From Eledone cirrhosa (lineage: Eukaryota), in the NCBI GenBank assembly GCA_964016885.1, contig OZ024758.1:7750001-7814000 (forward strand): a DNA stretch of 64,000 nt. Direction: 5' to 3'. Both the position numbers and the translations under genes were made by a program. Below the pieces are notes generated by a model, which was not told the origin of the DNA, searched no databases, and saw only the letters and a program-made list of their open reading frames with translations. Of this stretch, positions 42,075 to 56,659 are shown piece by piece; the first letter of the stretch is position 1; every line of letters starts with the position of its first letter.

Positions 42075-42855
42075 TTTTTTTTTTTTTTACCTACACAATG
42101 TCAAAAATATGATATATACAGACAGAAGAGCGTCAAATATGTAATATACATTGAAAACTTGTAATTATCTCAAATTATCCTTACAATTAGGAGACAAAAG
42201 TTCAGTGGAGAAGTATTTAAAACAACACCGCCCCCAAAAAGTACCTGTTATTCGAAATATATGTATAATTGTTTCTACTTTTGGCACAAGGACAGCAATT
42301 ATCCTGGTGCATTACTGGTACTTTATTTTATCGATCCTGTAAGTATGAAAGGCAAAGTTGACCTCGGCGGGATTTGAAGTCAGATCATAAAGGGGCGTAA
42401 CTCTATGCTGCAAAGCCTGGTGTCCGACGCTCTACCGATACTGCCAATATAATATAGATGATACAGTTACAAAAGAATGTCTTTAACTTATAACATACTG
42501 TCATGACAAAATAGATAATGTTTAAAAGATGGCTTTGTTTATTGAAATGATTTGAGTGCCTTTACTAGAAGTCAGATTGTTGTGAAAATTGGCAGTATTA
42601 GAGTAAAGACTTTAATTTTTAATTTGATGTTGTCATAGCTCTGTGTTACATTTTTCATATTGCTAATGTGCTTTCATTTAGTACAAGATGTTAAGAGTTA
42701 AAAGCCAGTCGGTAAAAGTGGTTTTACTTGGACCTCCTCGGCAAAACATAACAGTTCAGAAGGCTGTGAGAAAAGCTGACCAAAGCCATCTTGTCAGATG
42801 CTTTAACAATTTCCAGCAACCCAGCATGATGAAATGGTACAAGATATATTGACAC

Positions 42856-43690
<835 letters not shown>

Positions 43691-44654
43691 TAGATGTATT
43701 GACCAAGTGTCCTCAACCGTAGATGTGGATTGAACAATGCCTTGTAATTGAAATTGGCAGACATAAACTACGATGGGGCCTGTTTTATATATCATCATCT
43801 TCGTTTAACGTCCATTTTCCACGCTAACATGGGTTAGACGTGACATATACAACACACGAAAACAAGATGGTGTAGGTCAGAACAAAGGAGAGACACAAAA
43901 TAAAAACCGAGTCACTGAGGATGTCACAGAATGTGTGACGAAAGAGCTTTAACAATATATAAACAGTCATCCGGTTATCGAACCAACCAAACAACCGGAA
44001 ATTCATAATAAATTGAAGTGAAAACCAACAGGTGCGTGTGTTTTTATTGGCAGCATGACCCTCCCAAATTATAACAATATATACCCCCACCCCACTCTCA
44101 AAAGCGTGAGAACCTAATAGACTTTTATTTGTACTGCCTCTCTGTTTTTGTTCTCGTCCATGTTTTCACTATATATATATATATATATATATATAGGAAA
44201 AAGTATGACCCCGACGGCAGAGCTCAAGCCGTTTCGACGGCTATATTGGTGAGTATTGTCTAGTTACTATTGGCTCACCAGTATGAGTACTAAATGCCAA
44301 TATGGGTCTGGTTTCCGATGTGGTATTCCAGGTTTTGTATTACACTGTAGTCAGTATCCTTAAGAAGCAGAGTGATAATAATAATAATAATGAGCAGGCA
44401 TCATTATGTTTATTCACACGTGACATGTGTTTCATGATTGATTGGTTCAACGTATGATTGGTATTGATCACAACCAATAGCTCATTAGACTTGTGGATTC
44501 TCAAATGAATATATATATATATATATAGTTGTATTTAATTTGTTGGAAGTCCAACAAACATAAATGTTTATAACTGATTTAGAGCACTCAACAATTTACT
44601 GGAGTAAATATTCAATGTTATTAAATAAATGGAAACTATATTTATAAAACCATA

Positions 44655-44720
44655 TTTATTTTATTATATATATTTCAAGGGCAACCAAGATAACATTGGT
44701 ACGCTTTCATCAGATAAAAT
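44655..44720 (-). ncRNA. Type I hammerhead ribozyme (family D copy)
   Basis: Near-identical reverse complement of 39098-39166; the element spans ~44525-44787. Confidence 0.75.
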
Positions 44721-45283
44721 GCAAAGTTTGTTTTATAAATAGAGACGTACCCATGAAAATCATATCTTATCGGTTGGAAATTCACTGGATATGTATGTAT
44801 GTATGTATGTATGTATGTGTGTATGTAAGTGTGTGTGTGTGCTTTGTGTCATGGGACTAAGCAGTTAGAAAAGTAGAGATTGATGAAAGAAGTATCAGAC
44901 TTAAAAGTAAGTACAGGGATCGACACGATTAACTGAATCTTTGAAGGTGGTACTCCAAGATGGTCATAGACTGACTGTGAAGGAGTGATGCTAGAGCTGT
45001 GAAATCTAACATACATTAATTTCAACTCTGCTTGTCTATAACTGCATTGTTTGAAAAACAAATCTCATTTGATCATTCTATGAGTATCTTGGTCAGCCTA
45101 TGAACTTTCCAGCTGACCGTCAGACTATATATATCATTATCGTTTAATGTCCATTGTCCACACAAGCATGGGTTAGATGAGCTGTCCCATCATGAGACAA
45201 GCCAGGTCGGAGGACTGTGTTTTGCTCATAGAGAACTGATTTTGGCTTGGTTTCCACAGAGGGATGTCATTCCTAATGGCAAC

Positions 45284-45314
<31 letters not shown>

Positions 45315-45317
<3 letters not shown>

Positions 45318-45487
45318 GGAACGAGTAGGACCCCGACGGCTGAGCTCAAACCGTTTCGACGGCTAATTCTGCCGTCGAAACGGTTTGAGCTCAGCCGTCG
45401 GGGTCCTACTCGTTCCTATTACCCACTCTACTGAGTACTTTGGTGCGTTATGGTCCACCTGGTTCCTTACCACATTTCCTTCGTTAT
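45315..45487. mobile_element. Family-E fold-back element (3' half of a hammerhead)
   Basis: Perfect ~49-bp arms 45315-45419; GAAA-cggt..gccg-UC forms stem III with a GUC triplet. Confidence 0.65.
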
Positions 45488-45784
45488 ATATATATATATA
45501 TATATATATATAGCAATAATAATAAATTTGAAGACTAAAATCCAAAGAGAGCTCGATAAGGATAAATATATATCAAATATATAAGAACCGTAGAGCAAAT
45601 ATGTATTAAAATAACAGATTAAAGTTTAAGCAAAGAATCGCTGCTTTTACCCTTAACGGGATCATCTGAAACTAACCATATATATATATATATAAACAAT
45701 TGTTAGACTGTAAATAAATTCCCCTTTTTGTACTGTTGACCATGTTATTCTTCACATTTATTTCAATTTTATATATATATATAT

Positions 45785-45920
45785 ATATAATAATATATGT
45801 AGTAATAAACAGTAAATCGTGTCTAAAATTACGAGGGTTGAAATACCACATTGGTTTGACGTTGGTTTGACGTAATTTTAGACACGATTTACTGTTTATT
45901 ACTACATATATTATTATATA
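45785..45920. repeat. Inverted repeat with ~45-bp arms next to (TA)n
   Basis: tataataatatatgtagtaataaacagtaaatcgtgtctaaaattacg and its reverse complement. Confidence 0.8.
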
Positions 45921-46006
45921 GTGCTCAGTATTTATACTTTGAGCTTGTTAATTACAGGGTATCAATATGAGTTATTAACTCTGCCTTTTATTTGTGTGTG
46001 TATGTA

Positions 46007-46310
46007 TATATATATATATATAAAATAGAGGTGTGACATACGAGTTGTGATATATTAGTAAAAAGGAAAAGAAAATGCTGACAAATTTTTCCCAGTGAAA
46101 AAATAGTTTAATTAGGAATAAGTATAAATTAGTAATAAGTATTGGTTAGTATTCAGAAACTGAATACTAACCAATACTTATTACTAATTTATACTTATTC
46201 CTAATTAAACTATTTTTCACTGGAAAAAATTTGTCAGCATTTTCTTTTCCTTTTTACTAATATATCACAACTCGTGTGTCACACCTCTATTTTATATATA
46301 TATATATATA
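46007..46310. repeat. ~300-bp near-perfect palindrome between (TA)n tracts
   Basis: Centre attcag-aaa-ctgaat at 46158; a few mismatches/indels between arms. Confidence 0.85.
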
Positions 46311-46333
46311 TATTTGTTAAAATAACAGATTAA

Positions 46334-46384
46334 AGTTTAAGCAAAGAATCGCTGCTTTCACTCTTAACGGGCTCTTCTGAAACT
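46334..46384 (-). ncRNA. Hammerhead-like fold with a variant CAGAAGA core (family F); second copy 45623-45673, partial copy 32992-33128
   Basis: agttt-CAGAAGA-gccc-gttaa-gagt-GAAA-gca..tgc-UU/aaact; stems are formable but core U4 is A in both copies. Confidence 0.45.
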
Positions 46385-46635
46385 AAGGATAAATATATAT
46401 CCTTATCGAGCCCTCTTTGGATTTTAGTCTTCAAATTTATTATTATTACTATATATATATATGTAGAGGTTATATTTAATTTGTTGGATACAACAAGCAA
46501 AATATTTTTATAACTGATATAAAGCACTCAACAAATTAATTGGAGTAAATATACAATATATTAACAAATAGAAACTATATTTAGGTTGCATTTTTCAGGG
46601 TATGTCAATATTTATTTATAAAACTAATCTATATT

Positions 46636-46703
46636 ATATTTTATCTGATGAAAGCGCACCATAATCTGCCTTGGTGGCCTTTGAAATATGTATAATGAAA
46701 TAA
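46636..46703 (+). ncRNA. Type I hammerhead ribozyme (family D variant)
   Basis: atattttat-CUGAUGA(46645-51)-aagcgcacca..tggtggccttt-GAAA(46683-86)-tatgta-UA/atgaaataa. Confidence 0.65.
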
Positions 46704-47204
46704 ATATGGTTTTATAAATATAGTTTCCATTTGTTAATATATTGCATATATATATATATTCCAAAGCAAGGTTTTTTAATATATAACACGCAGGTAAAAA
46801 TATAGGACAAAGAAGATGAAAATGCAATTGGAATCTTTAAGAAGATTGAAAATAAACCTTCTTAAAGACTCCAATTGCATTTTCAACTTTTTCCCACACA
46901 TATCTATATTCCTGATAATATCATACGAATGAAACAGTTCTAGTCCTGTAGAAGCCATTTTAAAGATGCCTATATTCTACCAATATATTCTGTACCATTT
47001 ATAACTGGTTACCCTCGACACAACTTGGTAATATATATATATATATATATATATTCATTTTATTAAGACAAGTTCTTATCTGCTGACCCTGTCCTAAACA
47101 GGCAAAACTCCTGAGTAACACGACTCACTATTCAGCCTTAAAAAAAATGAATATCAAAACTCTATTTTGGTATTGAGTACTCCTCTCTCTCAGCCACCAA
47201 CCAG

Positions 47205-47320
<116 letters not shown>

Positions 47321-48327
47321 ATGGGAAATGGACTCTCCTACAGAAAACAATGTATGAGTGTTCAGTTATTCAATCAACTGAACAACAGAGTTATTAAATT
47401 AGCATGTGAAGTGACTGTATTAGATAGACATGGTATAGCCCAATATATTTCTCAAGTGGAATCAGTGTGAAGCAAGATGTCAACACTGCACCTTCAAATT
47501 ACAGATACAGTCAATCTGACAGGATTCCACATATATTCTGTCTGCCTAATTTAATGTATAGTTGAGGTTGTGATGAAAAATACGACACTTGCTCAAGATT
47601 ACCAAGGGGTGGGCGGTGAAACACCGGAGGAAACATTTTAATCACCAAGCCATGCCTATATGCACTCAATAAATGTATGAGTTTAACCCTTTAGTTACCA
47701 ACCACGGCCAAAACTGGCTCTGCTTCTATGAAATAAAATCACCCATTTTAAAGGTTTCCAATTTAAATTAAAATCTTTCAACATAATTTTATATAAGAAC
47801 CTTACATTAAGTTACTGTCTTAGTAATGAAATAATTTTAGTAAATCTCCCAAAATTCTCCATTAATTTAATAAAATAGAGTGTATTCCTTTAGAAATACG
47901 GTCATGAAAAGGTTAATGTGCATTAACAATGAAATATGGATGAGCTGTGAGAAAAACGGTATAAGAGGAACCAGATGTAGTGATAGTGGGCAAGTGAGAA
48001 GACGACGCTGGTATGGACATGTGATGTGGATTGTTGGGTGAAGAAGTGCCTAGAAATCCCAGTGGAAGGAAGCTATAGTAGGGGCAGGTCAAGGAAGAAG
48101 TGATGAAGGAAAGCAACGAGTGGGGGAAAGCTGCGCTGGAAAAGATACATGCAAACCTGTAAAAATGGATGTAAAAGGATGATGATAATATCAGCAGGAA
48201 TTAAAATATATATATATATATATATATCAATACTAATCACGAATGACCATGGGTTTTGCACCTTGAAAGTTTCCATCTGAGGCACAAGCCCAGGAAAGGT
48301 GTTATTTGTGGACGATAAGCACATCTG

Positions 48328-48367
<40 letters not shown>

Positions 48368-49001
48368 CCACCGATGTTGTCCAAGGGAAATACAAAGGCC
48401 GGTACAGCTTGTCACCAGTGACGGACTGGATTGGTATAACGTAAAATAAAGTTTCTTGCTCAAGGACACAACGCACCGTCTGGCCCGGAAATCGAACTCA
48501 CAATCTCGGGATTGTCAATCCAATGCTCGAACCACTAAGCCATGCACCTCCAAACGCACACACAGATAGATTCACATAAACACCCAAAATATAGACATGC
48601 ATATATATGTATATATACTTATATATATACACATACATATATATAATAATAATTGTTTCTACTTTTGGCACAAGGCCAGCATTTTTCTCCAGTGCATTAC
48701 TGGTACTTTATTTTATCGACCCCGTAAGGATGAAAGGCAAAGTAATGAAATGATTGCGTACAGTTCTCAGGTGCACATACATATATACATTCATATATAT
48801 ATATATATACATAAATATGTGTATATATATATGCCTATGTATGTATGTATGCATATATATGTGTGTGTATTTATGTATATATATTTATCGTTAATTCGTG
48901 AGCTGATTTTCCGATACTCGATTATTCTATTATATATATATATATATATATAAATGTATACATGTTATGTATACAAATAAATGTATTCTGTTATGTGTGA
49001 G

Positions 49002-49053
<52 letters not shown>

Positions 49054-50041
49054 TAACAGTATACATTTATTTAATAATTAAATCAATTTAAATGTCTATA
49101 GAGATTGTAAGCCATGATAAAATTGTATATAAATATATACATAAATATGTGTGTTTATATATATATATATACATATAAACACACATATTTATGTATATAT
49201 TTATATATAGACACACACATATATATATGTGTGTACGTGTGTGTACATATATATGTATATATGAATAATATGTACCCATACGCATGTATGTATATAAATA
49301 TATACACTTAAATACAGATATACACTTAAATACATATGCACCTAAATATTTACCTACACACACGTATATAGTATGATATATTTATAAATATATAAACACA
49401 TACATACAAACATTTATATTTAAATAAAAAATATATTATCTGTGTACAGATATATATATATATATACACGTTCAGTAAATACGGTCGTAAAAATGAGTAC
49501 TCGATACCATAGTAGATTACTGTTATTATCTATATTGGTTTCTTATATAGGCACAAGGTCAGCAATTTGGGGGGGGGGGGGGAGAAAGTCGATTAGATCG
49601 ACCTCAGTGCGTGACAGGTACTTTATTTTATCGACTCCGCAAGGATGAAAGGCAACGTTAACCACTATGTCCCTTTATGATCTGAGTTCAAATCCCGCCG
49701 AGGTTAACTTTGCCTTTCATCCTTACCGGGTCGATAAAATATAGTACCAGTAATGCACTGAGTTATTGCTGGCCTTGTGCCAAAAATAGAAACAATTATT
49801 ATCTATATTAAGGTCGAGCATAAGTCTTTTTTACTGTGGAATTTCCTCTGTACTCACTGTCATCTATATTTATCTATATATACATCTCTCTCTATATGAA
49901 TGTTTATACATGCGTATATATATATATATATATATATTTAGAAGTTATATTTAATTTGTTGAGATACAACAAGCAAATATTTTTATAACTGAAATAAAGC
50001 ACTCAACAAATTTTTGGAGTAAAAATACAATATATTAACAA

Positions 50042-50450
<409 letters not shown>

Positions 50451-50534
50451 CCACGTCACATAAATACGTTGTCGTTAAATGTAAGTATTCATGACACACA
50501 TGCATATATATATCTCCCGATATATTTGGGTACA

Positions 50535-50539
<5 letters not shown>

Positions 50540-50566
<27 letters not shown>

Positions 50567-50593
50567 CACAAATATACAAGTACAGCTTCCGAA

Positions 50594-50631
<38 letters not shown>

Positions 50632-50884
50632 CACACAAATATACAAGTATAGCTTCCGAATATGTGTGTGTGTATATATATATAAATATATCTTCCGAAT
50701 GTGTGTGTGTATATATATATGTATATGTATATATATGTATATATATGTATATGTATATATATGTATATGTGTATATATATGTATATATATACACACACAC
50801 ATATACAAGTATATCTTCCGAATGTGTGTGCGTGTGTGTATATATATACATATATATATATATATACACACACACATATACAAG

Positions 50885-50920
<36 letters not shown>

Positions 50921-50927
50921 TATACAA

Positions 50928-50978
<51 letters not shown>

Positions 50979-50999
50979 TATACAAGTATATCTACCGAA

Positions 51000-51051
<52 letters not shown>

Positions 51052-51110
51052 CATATACAAGTATATATCTTCCGAATGCGTATGTTATATATATATATAT
51101 ATATAAAATA
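50540..51110. repeat. TA/TG compound minisatellite with tacaagta..ttccgaatgtg anchors
   Basis: Direct inspection. Confidence 0.85.
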
Positions 51111-51258
51111 ATAATAATCATATATACATATATATATACAATATTAAATAAATGGAAAACTATATTTATAAAACCATATTTATTTCATTATATATATTTC
51201 GGGGATATCATATTAACCAACAATTGTAACCCAACAATTTTAAATATAACTTTACATG

Positions 51259-51290
<32 letters not shown>

Positions 51291-52229
51291 CATATATACA
51301 CACAAAGGCTTCTATACGAACACAAAGAAAAAGAGTAGGATTTGGGCATGAAAGCAAACTAATCACCTTTGCGAACCCATTTTTCTCACGAAATCTTTTA
51401 TGGAATGTTTTAATATATGATGCAGTACGAAATATTTCCTAATCCTAACCTCCTTTCACCAGTAATTCCAGCTAGCAGGAAATTCAATACTTGCATATGC
51501 TATTCATATTCGAAATATATATAATATGTTTTGAATTCTTATAGGCAGTCAGGTCAGAAAAGTATTCTGATGAGTCTGCAATTTAATCAAATCTAGAAGT
51601 GCTGGCTCGAAAATTATCCTACCCTAGCAATAATGACATAGTTACAGGAAAGTAAGCCCCTATAGAAGAGAGATGATGGGCATAAAGTGTGTGATCAGAC
51701 AAGGTTATCATTTCGTCGGAAAAGTTGTGTAAGGAAGGAAGCAATTATATATTTATATTGTGACAAGTTCCAGTTAAAATTTGAACTCAAATTTAGATTT
51801 TAGTAAAGTTCAACGTTAATGGAGAAACTATAGGAAAACATTTGAGATTTATCTTTTATTTGCCGAGATCTTTTGACAGCTAAACAATCGAAGGGTTAGT
51901 TGTTGTAATGTAAAGTATTTTGCGCGTCAATAATATTATGTGGCAATAAAAATAATAAGATGACAATAAAATACGAGAAACTAAATAAAATAAAAAAAGA
52001 CACCAATAATTTGAAGCGTACAGGTAAGAGTAATAAACATTATCAAATCCCGCCGAGGTTAACTTTGCCTTTCATCCTTACGGGGTCGATAAAATAAAGT
52101 ACCAGTAATGTACTGTGTATTTGCTGGCCTTAGAAACAATTATATACACAATAGTGTATGCTGATGTCGGCAACAAAGGCAAAGAGGAAATAATATTGAG
52201 AAGAGTGAAAAGGGGTGTATAGCACTTAC

Positions 52230-52365
52230 CTAATCTACTCCGAGCTGTATCAAGTCTGGAGATTTCGGATATTAAATGTAGGTATCCTAATGCAGCGACC
52301 AAACCGAGGAATACAAAAATCACCACTTGCCTGCCTTGCATCCCCCTTAACAGCCTAAGTAGCAT
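52230..52365 (-). CDS. HS2ST1: First coding exon of a heparan sulfate 2-O-sulfotransferase (type II Golgi membrane protein): MLLRLLRGMQGRQVVIFVFLGLVAALGYLHLISEISRLDTARSRL+G, phase 1
   Basis: Short basic N-tail, a hydrophobic TM segment, then LHLISEISRLDTARSRL, resembling the vertebrate HS2ST1 N-terminus as I recall it (MGLLRIMMPP...LFLENQIQKLEESRSKLE). Strong donor TTAG|GTAAGT at 52230/52229; vertebrate exon 1 ends at the equivalent place from memory. The catalytic YNRVPKT exon was not found in the window. Confidence 0.8.
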
Positions 52366-52599
52366 TACAACAAAATCCACATTATTAAAAATCTTCTCAG
52401 CAAAATGCAGGTGCTGTAGTCGAGCTATTTTATTTAGCTGCGACCGTTGGGCAAGTTGATCAACTCTAGTGGTTCGGCTGTCACTGATGAGGGATGTAGA
52501 ATTTGGAGACGATGTTGGTTTTATTTGAATCGTTGTTGTAACAGCTGTATAGTCAGTAATAGTAGTTGCAATCTTACTAGTAGGTAAGTTCAGCGAATG

Positions 52600-53936
52600 C
52601 ATTCAACGGTTCCACACATGAAACTCCTTCGCCTATCCAATTATTGGTGGATTTGCTCTCCCTCGTTGCTTGTCTCATTAAAAATAAATAAATAAATAAA
52701 CGCAACAAAATGCGGTCAGCTCAACAATTAAAATACTAATTATTAACTGCAATTTGATACGTTTTTTTTTCTTAAACGCAACTGTTTCCTAATCTTTTCA
52801 CAGCCGCTTATATTTTATCGTTGACGAAGCAGTTTTAATAGGAGACAATCGAACTCATAGTATTTGCCATTTTCTAACTTAGGCTTCTGTTGAAATTATA
52901 ACAGCATTTATTTGGAGATATGTGTTGACAAAATAGTTTCCTGGTGGATGGAATGCAGTGAGCGATATAGACATGCAATTGTAATAATATCAAACAACTG
53001 TTAGAGTTTTATTGATTTAATTAGAAATAGATGTCCATCAGATTTAATAATTGAAAAGGTAATTGAATATTTCCATAACACGAGTAGGTTCCAGTAGTCA
53101 TTGATGTGTGTAGCTGTTTAAGTAATGAAACCACGGTCAGTTAAATCCAGCAGAAAGACAGAATATTAGTTTTCATAATTCAAAACAGATTTTCATTAAC
53201 GATCACATATATGATTCTATTACACGAAGAAAAAAATAATAGATGAAGCGATATAAATATATTCGATTGTTTTTGATATGTTGATTAAAAAGTGTAAGAA
53301 AATAATTGTTTGTGTTTATCAACTTATTTTCTTATCATACTCCGAATCTTGTCTATATAAATTTCTTTAACAATTCGATTACTTTTTTTAAAAACCTAAA
53401 TATATCGACTCCTTCAGTAAAATCGGTATTATATCAGTTTATATATTATATATATTCCTACATGTATAATTCGTTTGTTTTCAATATGTATCGCACTTTT
53501 CGCTTATTCTGCAGTACGTGTTCCTTAGTTAAAAGTAGCTACGACTGCGTGCTGATTTCTAAATCGTGATTACACAAAACAACACTAGTTCTTCCACATG
53601 ATTTCTCTATTGCTTCTTTACAGAGTCTAGTGCAGTCTAAGAGCTGTGACTGCCAGTAATTGATGGAGTCAGACACATTACACTTAGATAGTTCGGATTT
53701 TAATTTAACATTACTTAAAAAGAGAAACAAAAAGATTTTGTTCATAGCAAAATTAATATTTTATTTGATAAATAAATATACATTATAAAAACCTTATATT
53801 TACTTATCGTGAGAAAATGAAAACAATTTATTTACGAGAACGTGGTATATTTATATCATAAAATATGTCAATGTTACAGTAGGAGTTTAGCTTTACTTAA
53901 CCCATATTTTAAAACGAGGTTGTAAATATATGAAAC
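52600..53936. promoter_or_regulatory. Candidate bidirectional promoter region
   Basis: Repeat-poor, relatively CpG-rich interval between two divergent first exons; back-to-back CCAAT/ATTGG (ccaattattgg) at 52637-52647. Confidence 0.45.
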
Positions 53937-53953
53937 ATGGCGGGATCCGTGCG
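53937..53953 (+). CDS. Candidate short first exon of a divergent plus-strand gene (ATG GCG GGA TCC GTG CG|gtaagt; MAGSVR)
   Basis: aaacATGGCG start/YY1-like context in a small GC island, immediately followed by a consensus GTAAGT donor. Product unknown; the ATG could lie in a 5' UTR. Confidence 0.55.
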
Positions 53954-55199
53954 GTAAGTTTAGTTAACATTTTTAATTAAACCATATAACTTATGTTAAA
54001 ATGTAACATGGTATAATTAAAGGAAACGTAATATTTAGATTTTCATAGTTCTTTCTCTCTACTGAAGAAAAACATTGATTTTTTTTCTGACAACCAGTTA
54101 TTCAACCTGGAATGAAATTATTTTAATTGTAATATTTACTTTTGAAAATAATTTATTAATTAAACCCTTCAATTTGAAGTTTTCTGTAATTCTTTACTTA
54201 GTAAATAATAGGAGGTCGATATATAATATTTTTCTTTAAAATGTGGAACACGTGTTTATGCTGTGAAATGTAAATATCAACCGGTAGGTGGTACACGTGT
54301 ATTTATAGAAGTCAGGTTTCAAATCTGTTTCTACGTTAACAAGCAACAGTGTTAATTGTTTACATATAAGAAATGTTTATTGCATGTGTTCATTAACCTA
54401 CTATGCGTCAAACATTCTAAACTGGTGCGAAATAATTTAACACAACTGAAATACTGATTACATGAGAGCTCTCCTGCCCAACATTTGTCTTGAGCATTTT
54501 ACGTTAATATGGGTATACACCTGTCAAATGTATACGAAGTTTGGTACCAAATGTGACATGAGCAATTGTCACTGCCCGATGCAGAACCACAACAGAAGCA
54601 ATCGAATACACAGCTAGTTCAGCCAGATTGAACAAGTAAACAGCGATTTTTATCGACCGTGTAGGTAACCATTTCAGTACCAGTTGACAAATGTGTTTCG
54701 GGGTGTTTAAACCGAGTGTTCGTTATCAGTTTCGCTGTAGCAATGTTTACTAACCCCTCCTCCCATTGATACAACGCCCACCAACTTCGAAATTAACGAG
54801 GATTTGTAAATTGTTTGTGTCTTACTTCTGTGAGTCGCCCGCAATAAGGTGGAGACCCGTGGAGTATGTCCTCAACAATCGGCTGCGGCATTAATGTGAT
54901 TTTGAAAAGTTCATGATTTCATATTGATATTGCACTTTCGTTGGAGTTATGCTTTTCCACAGGTAGTCTCCGACAGCAGACTTACACACATTTGGGATAA
55001 TGTAATCCAGAGAGTAGCGCTTCTTAACATCGAATGTTGACAGTTGTAGTGGAAATACTGATCTATGAAACTGCCAAACATCGAAACAGGTGTGACTTCG
55101 ATTTTTAAGAAGACATACTTGCAGACACGGAGATCAGTGTTACCAGTATCTGCTGGATCCAAGGCCGGATGCACACAGGATTGGATTTTAGGCAAGTAA

Positions 55200-55560
55200 T
55201 TTGAACAGTTGTAATGCCTATAGTGGTGCTAGCTTCACAACCAGGAAGCACGGGGGGAGTTTGTTTGGTGTAGGTGATCAAGTTACTGTTTAGGCTAGTG
55301 AGAGCTGAACTCCATTTTGTCCAGTTTCAGGAATATCAAACCTAGAGGATCCATCCAAAATATTGCAGAATTAAACTGCAGTAACACTGTTATGTACCTT
55401 TAACCTGAACTGATAAACTATTTTAAAGACTTGGATATCATACAAACAGAAGCCATGGCTAAATACAATCTCAAGCATCATTTAGAAGAAGCAACAAAAG
55501 TATTAGGGTTTATCCAATGTAATAAAAAAGATTGGATATCAGGTCCTACAATAGTTAGTA
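55200..55560 (+). pseudogene. Old LINE (RTE/BovB-like) endonuclease-RT linker fragment
   Basis: EATKVLGFIQCNKKDWISGPT resembles the A..VLG...K.WIS..T linker motif. Confidence 0.4.
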
Positions 55561-56659
55561 CTTTGAGAAGTCTAGTCATGCTTAAAATGGAGGATATGGA
55601 CCACTCAGAAGACAGCCTGTCTAAGATGATTGCAATGAATACTGATGCACCATCATTCTAAACATGGAGCATGCATCTTATGTTGGGGATGATACCAACT
55701 TTTCAAATTAACCATGAAGAGTTGTCCTTCAATAAGTGAAACAATTCTTGATCCTCACAGCATAATTATTTCAAACTTGATGACCTCTATCAATGGTGTT
55801 ACCATTTTGAAATTTCTCAACCAGGACTTGTCTTTTGACCAACCTTGCATGAATTTTGCAGAAGCCATTCCCAGCTTATGGAATCAGAATGCAGCAAGGA
55901 AGAGCACAAAACAACCAAAAACTGAGGGATAATGATACCCAGTGGAAAATTGTCTACCTGCCATGATTTTCCAAACTGATCTGTTTGGCTGGTGATCGCT
56001 AATGGTAGAGATGGGCAATGGTGAGAATGAATGATGCCATATATGAGGACTGGGACTTAGGGATAGAAAAATGAAATTATAAAGTTGATGGTAGGTAGGG
56101 ATTGAATATGGATGAGTCTAGTGACAAGCCTTATTACACATGCATGACTTGTTGCAGTGAATAGGAAAGTGAGTGAATGCCAGAGAGGTGGGAGGTCAAT
56201 AAAGAGGTGTGGAGCAACAAGTGAATAAACTTAACCCTTTAGCATTTACATTACTTTATATATACTATCATATTTTCACAGTAAAGGTGTTACTTCATAT
56301 ACTCACATAATATTGAATCTATGTGATTTTGATATTATATATTTTGAGAACAATATCTTAATGTCAGTATGAGCAGCCAGTTACAGCCAGTTTGAACAGA
56401 AAGAGGTGAGAGAATTATGGCTGGTTTAAATCTAAAATGTGGATATGGTATACCTCTCAGCTTCCAGTACTATAACTATTTTAATGTTTGTTTTACCATG
56501 CTTGTACGTGTAGACATGTCTTTTCTAGCATAACATGTCACCAATGATTATTATCCTATAAGAGATATATCAGTTTTGTAAAGTCCAGCATCCTAAGATC
56601 AGTCTTCACCATGTATTCCTCTTTCACAGCTTCTCTTCACTTTATACAGCTGTCACCTT

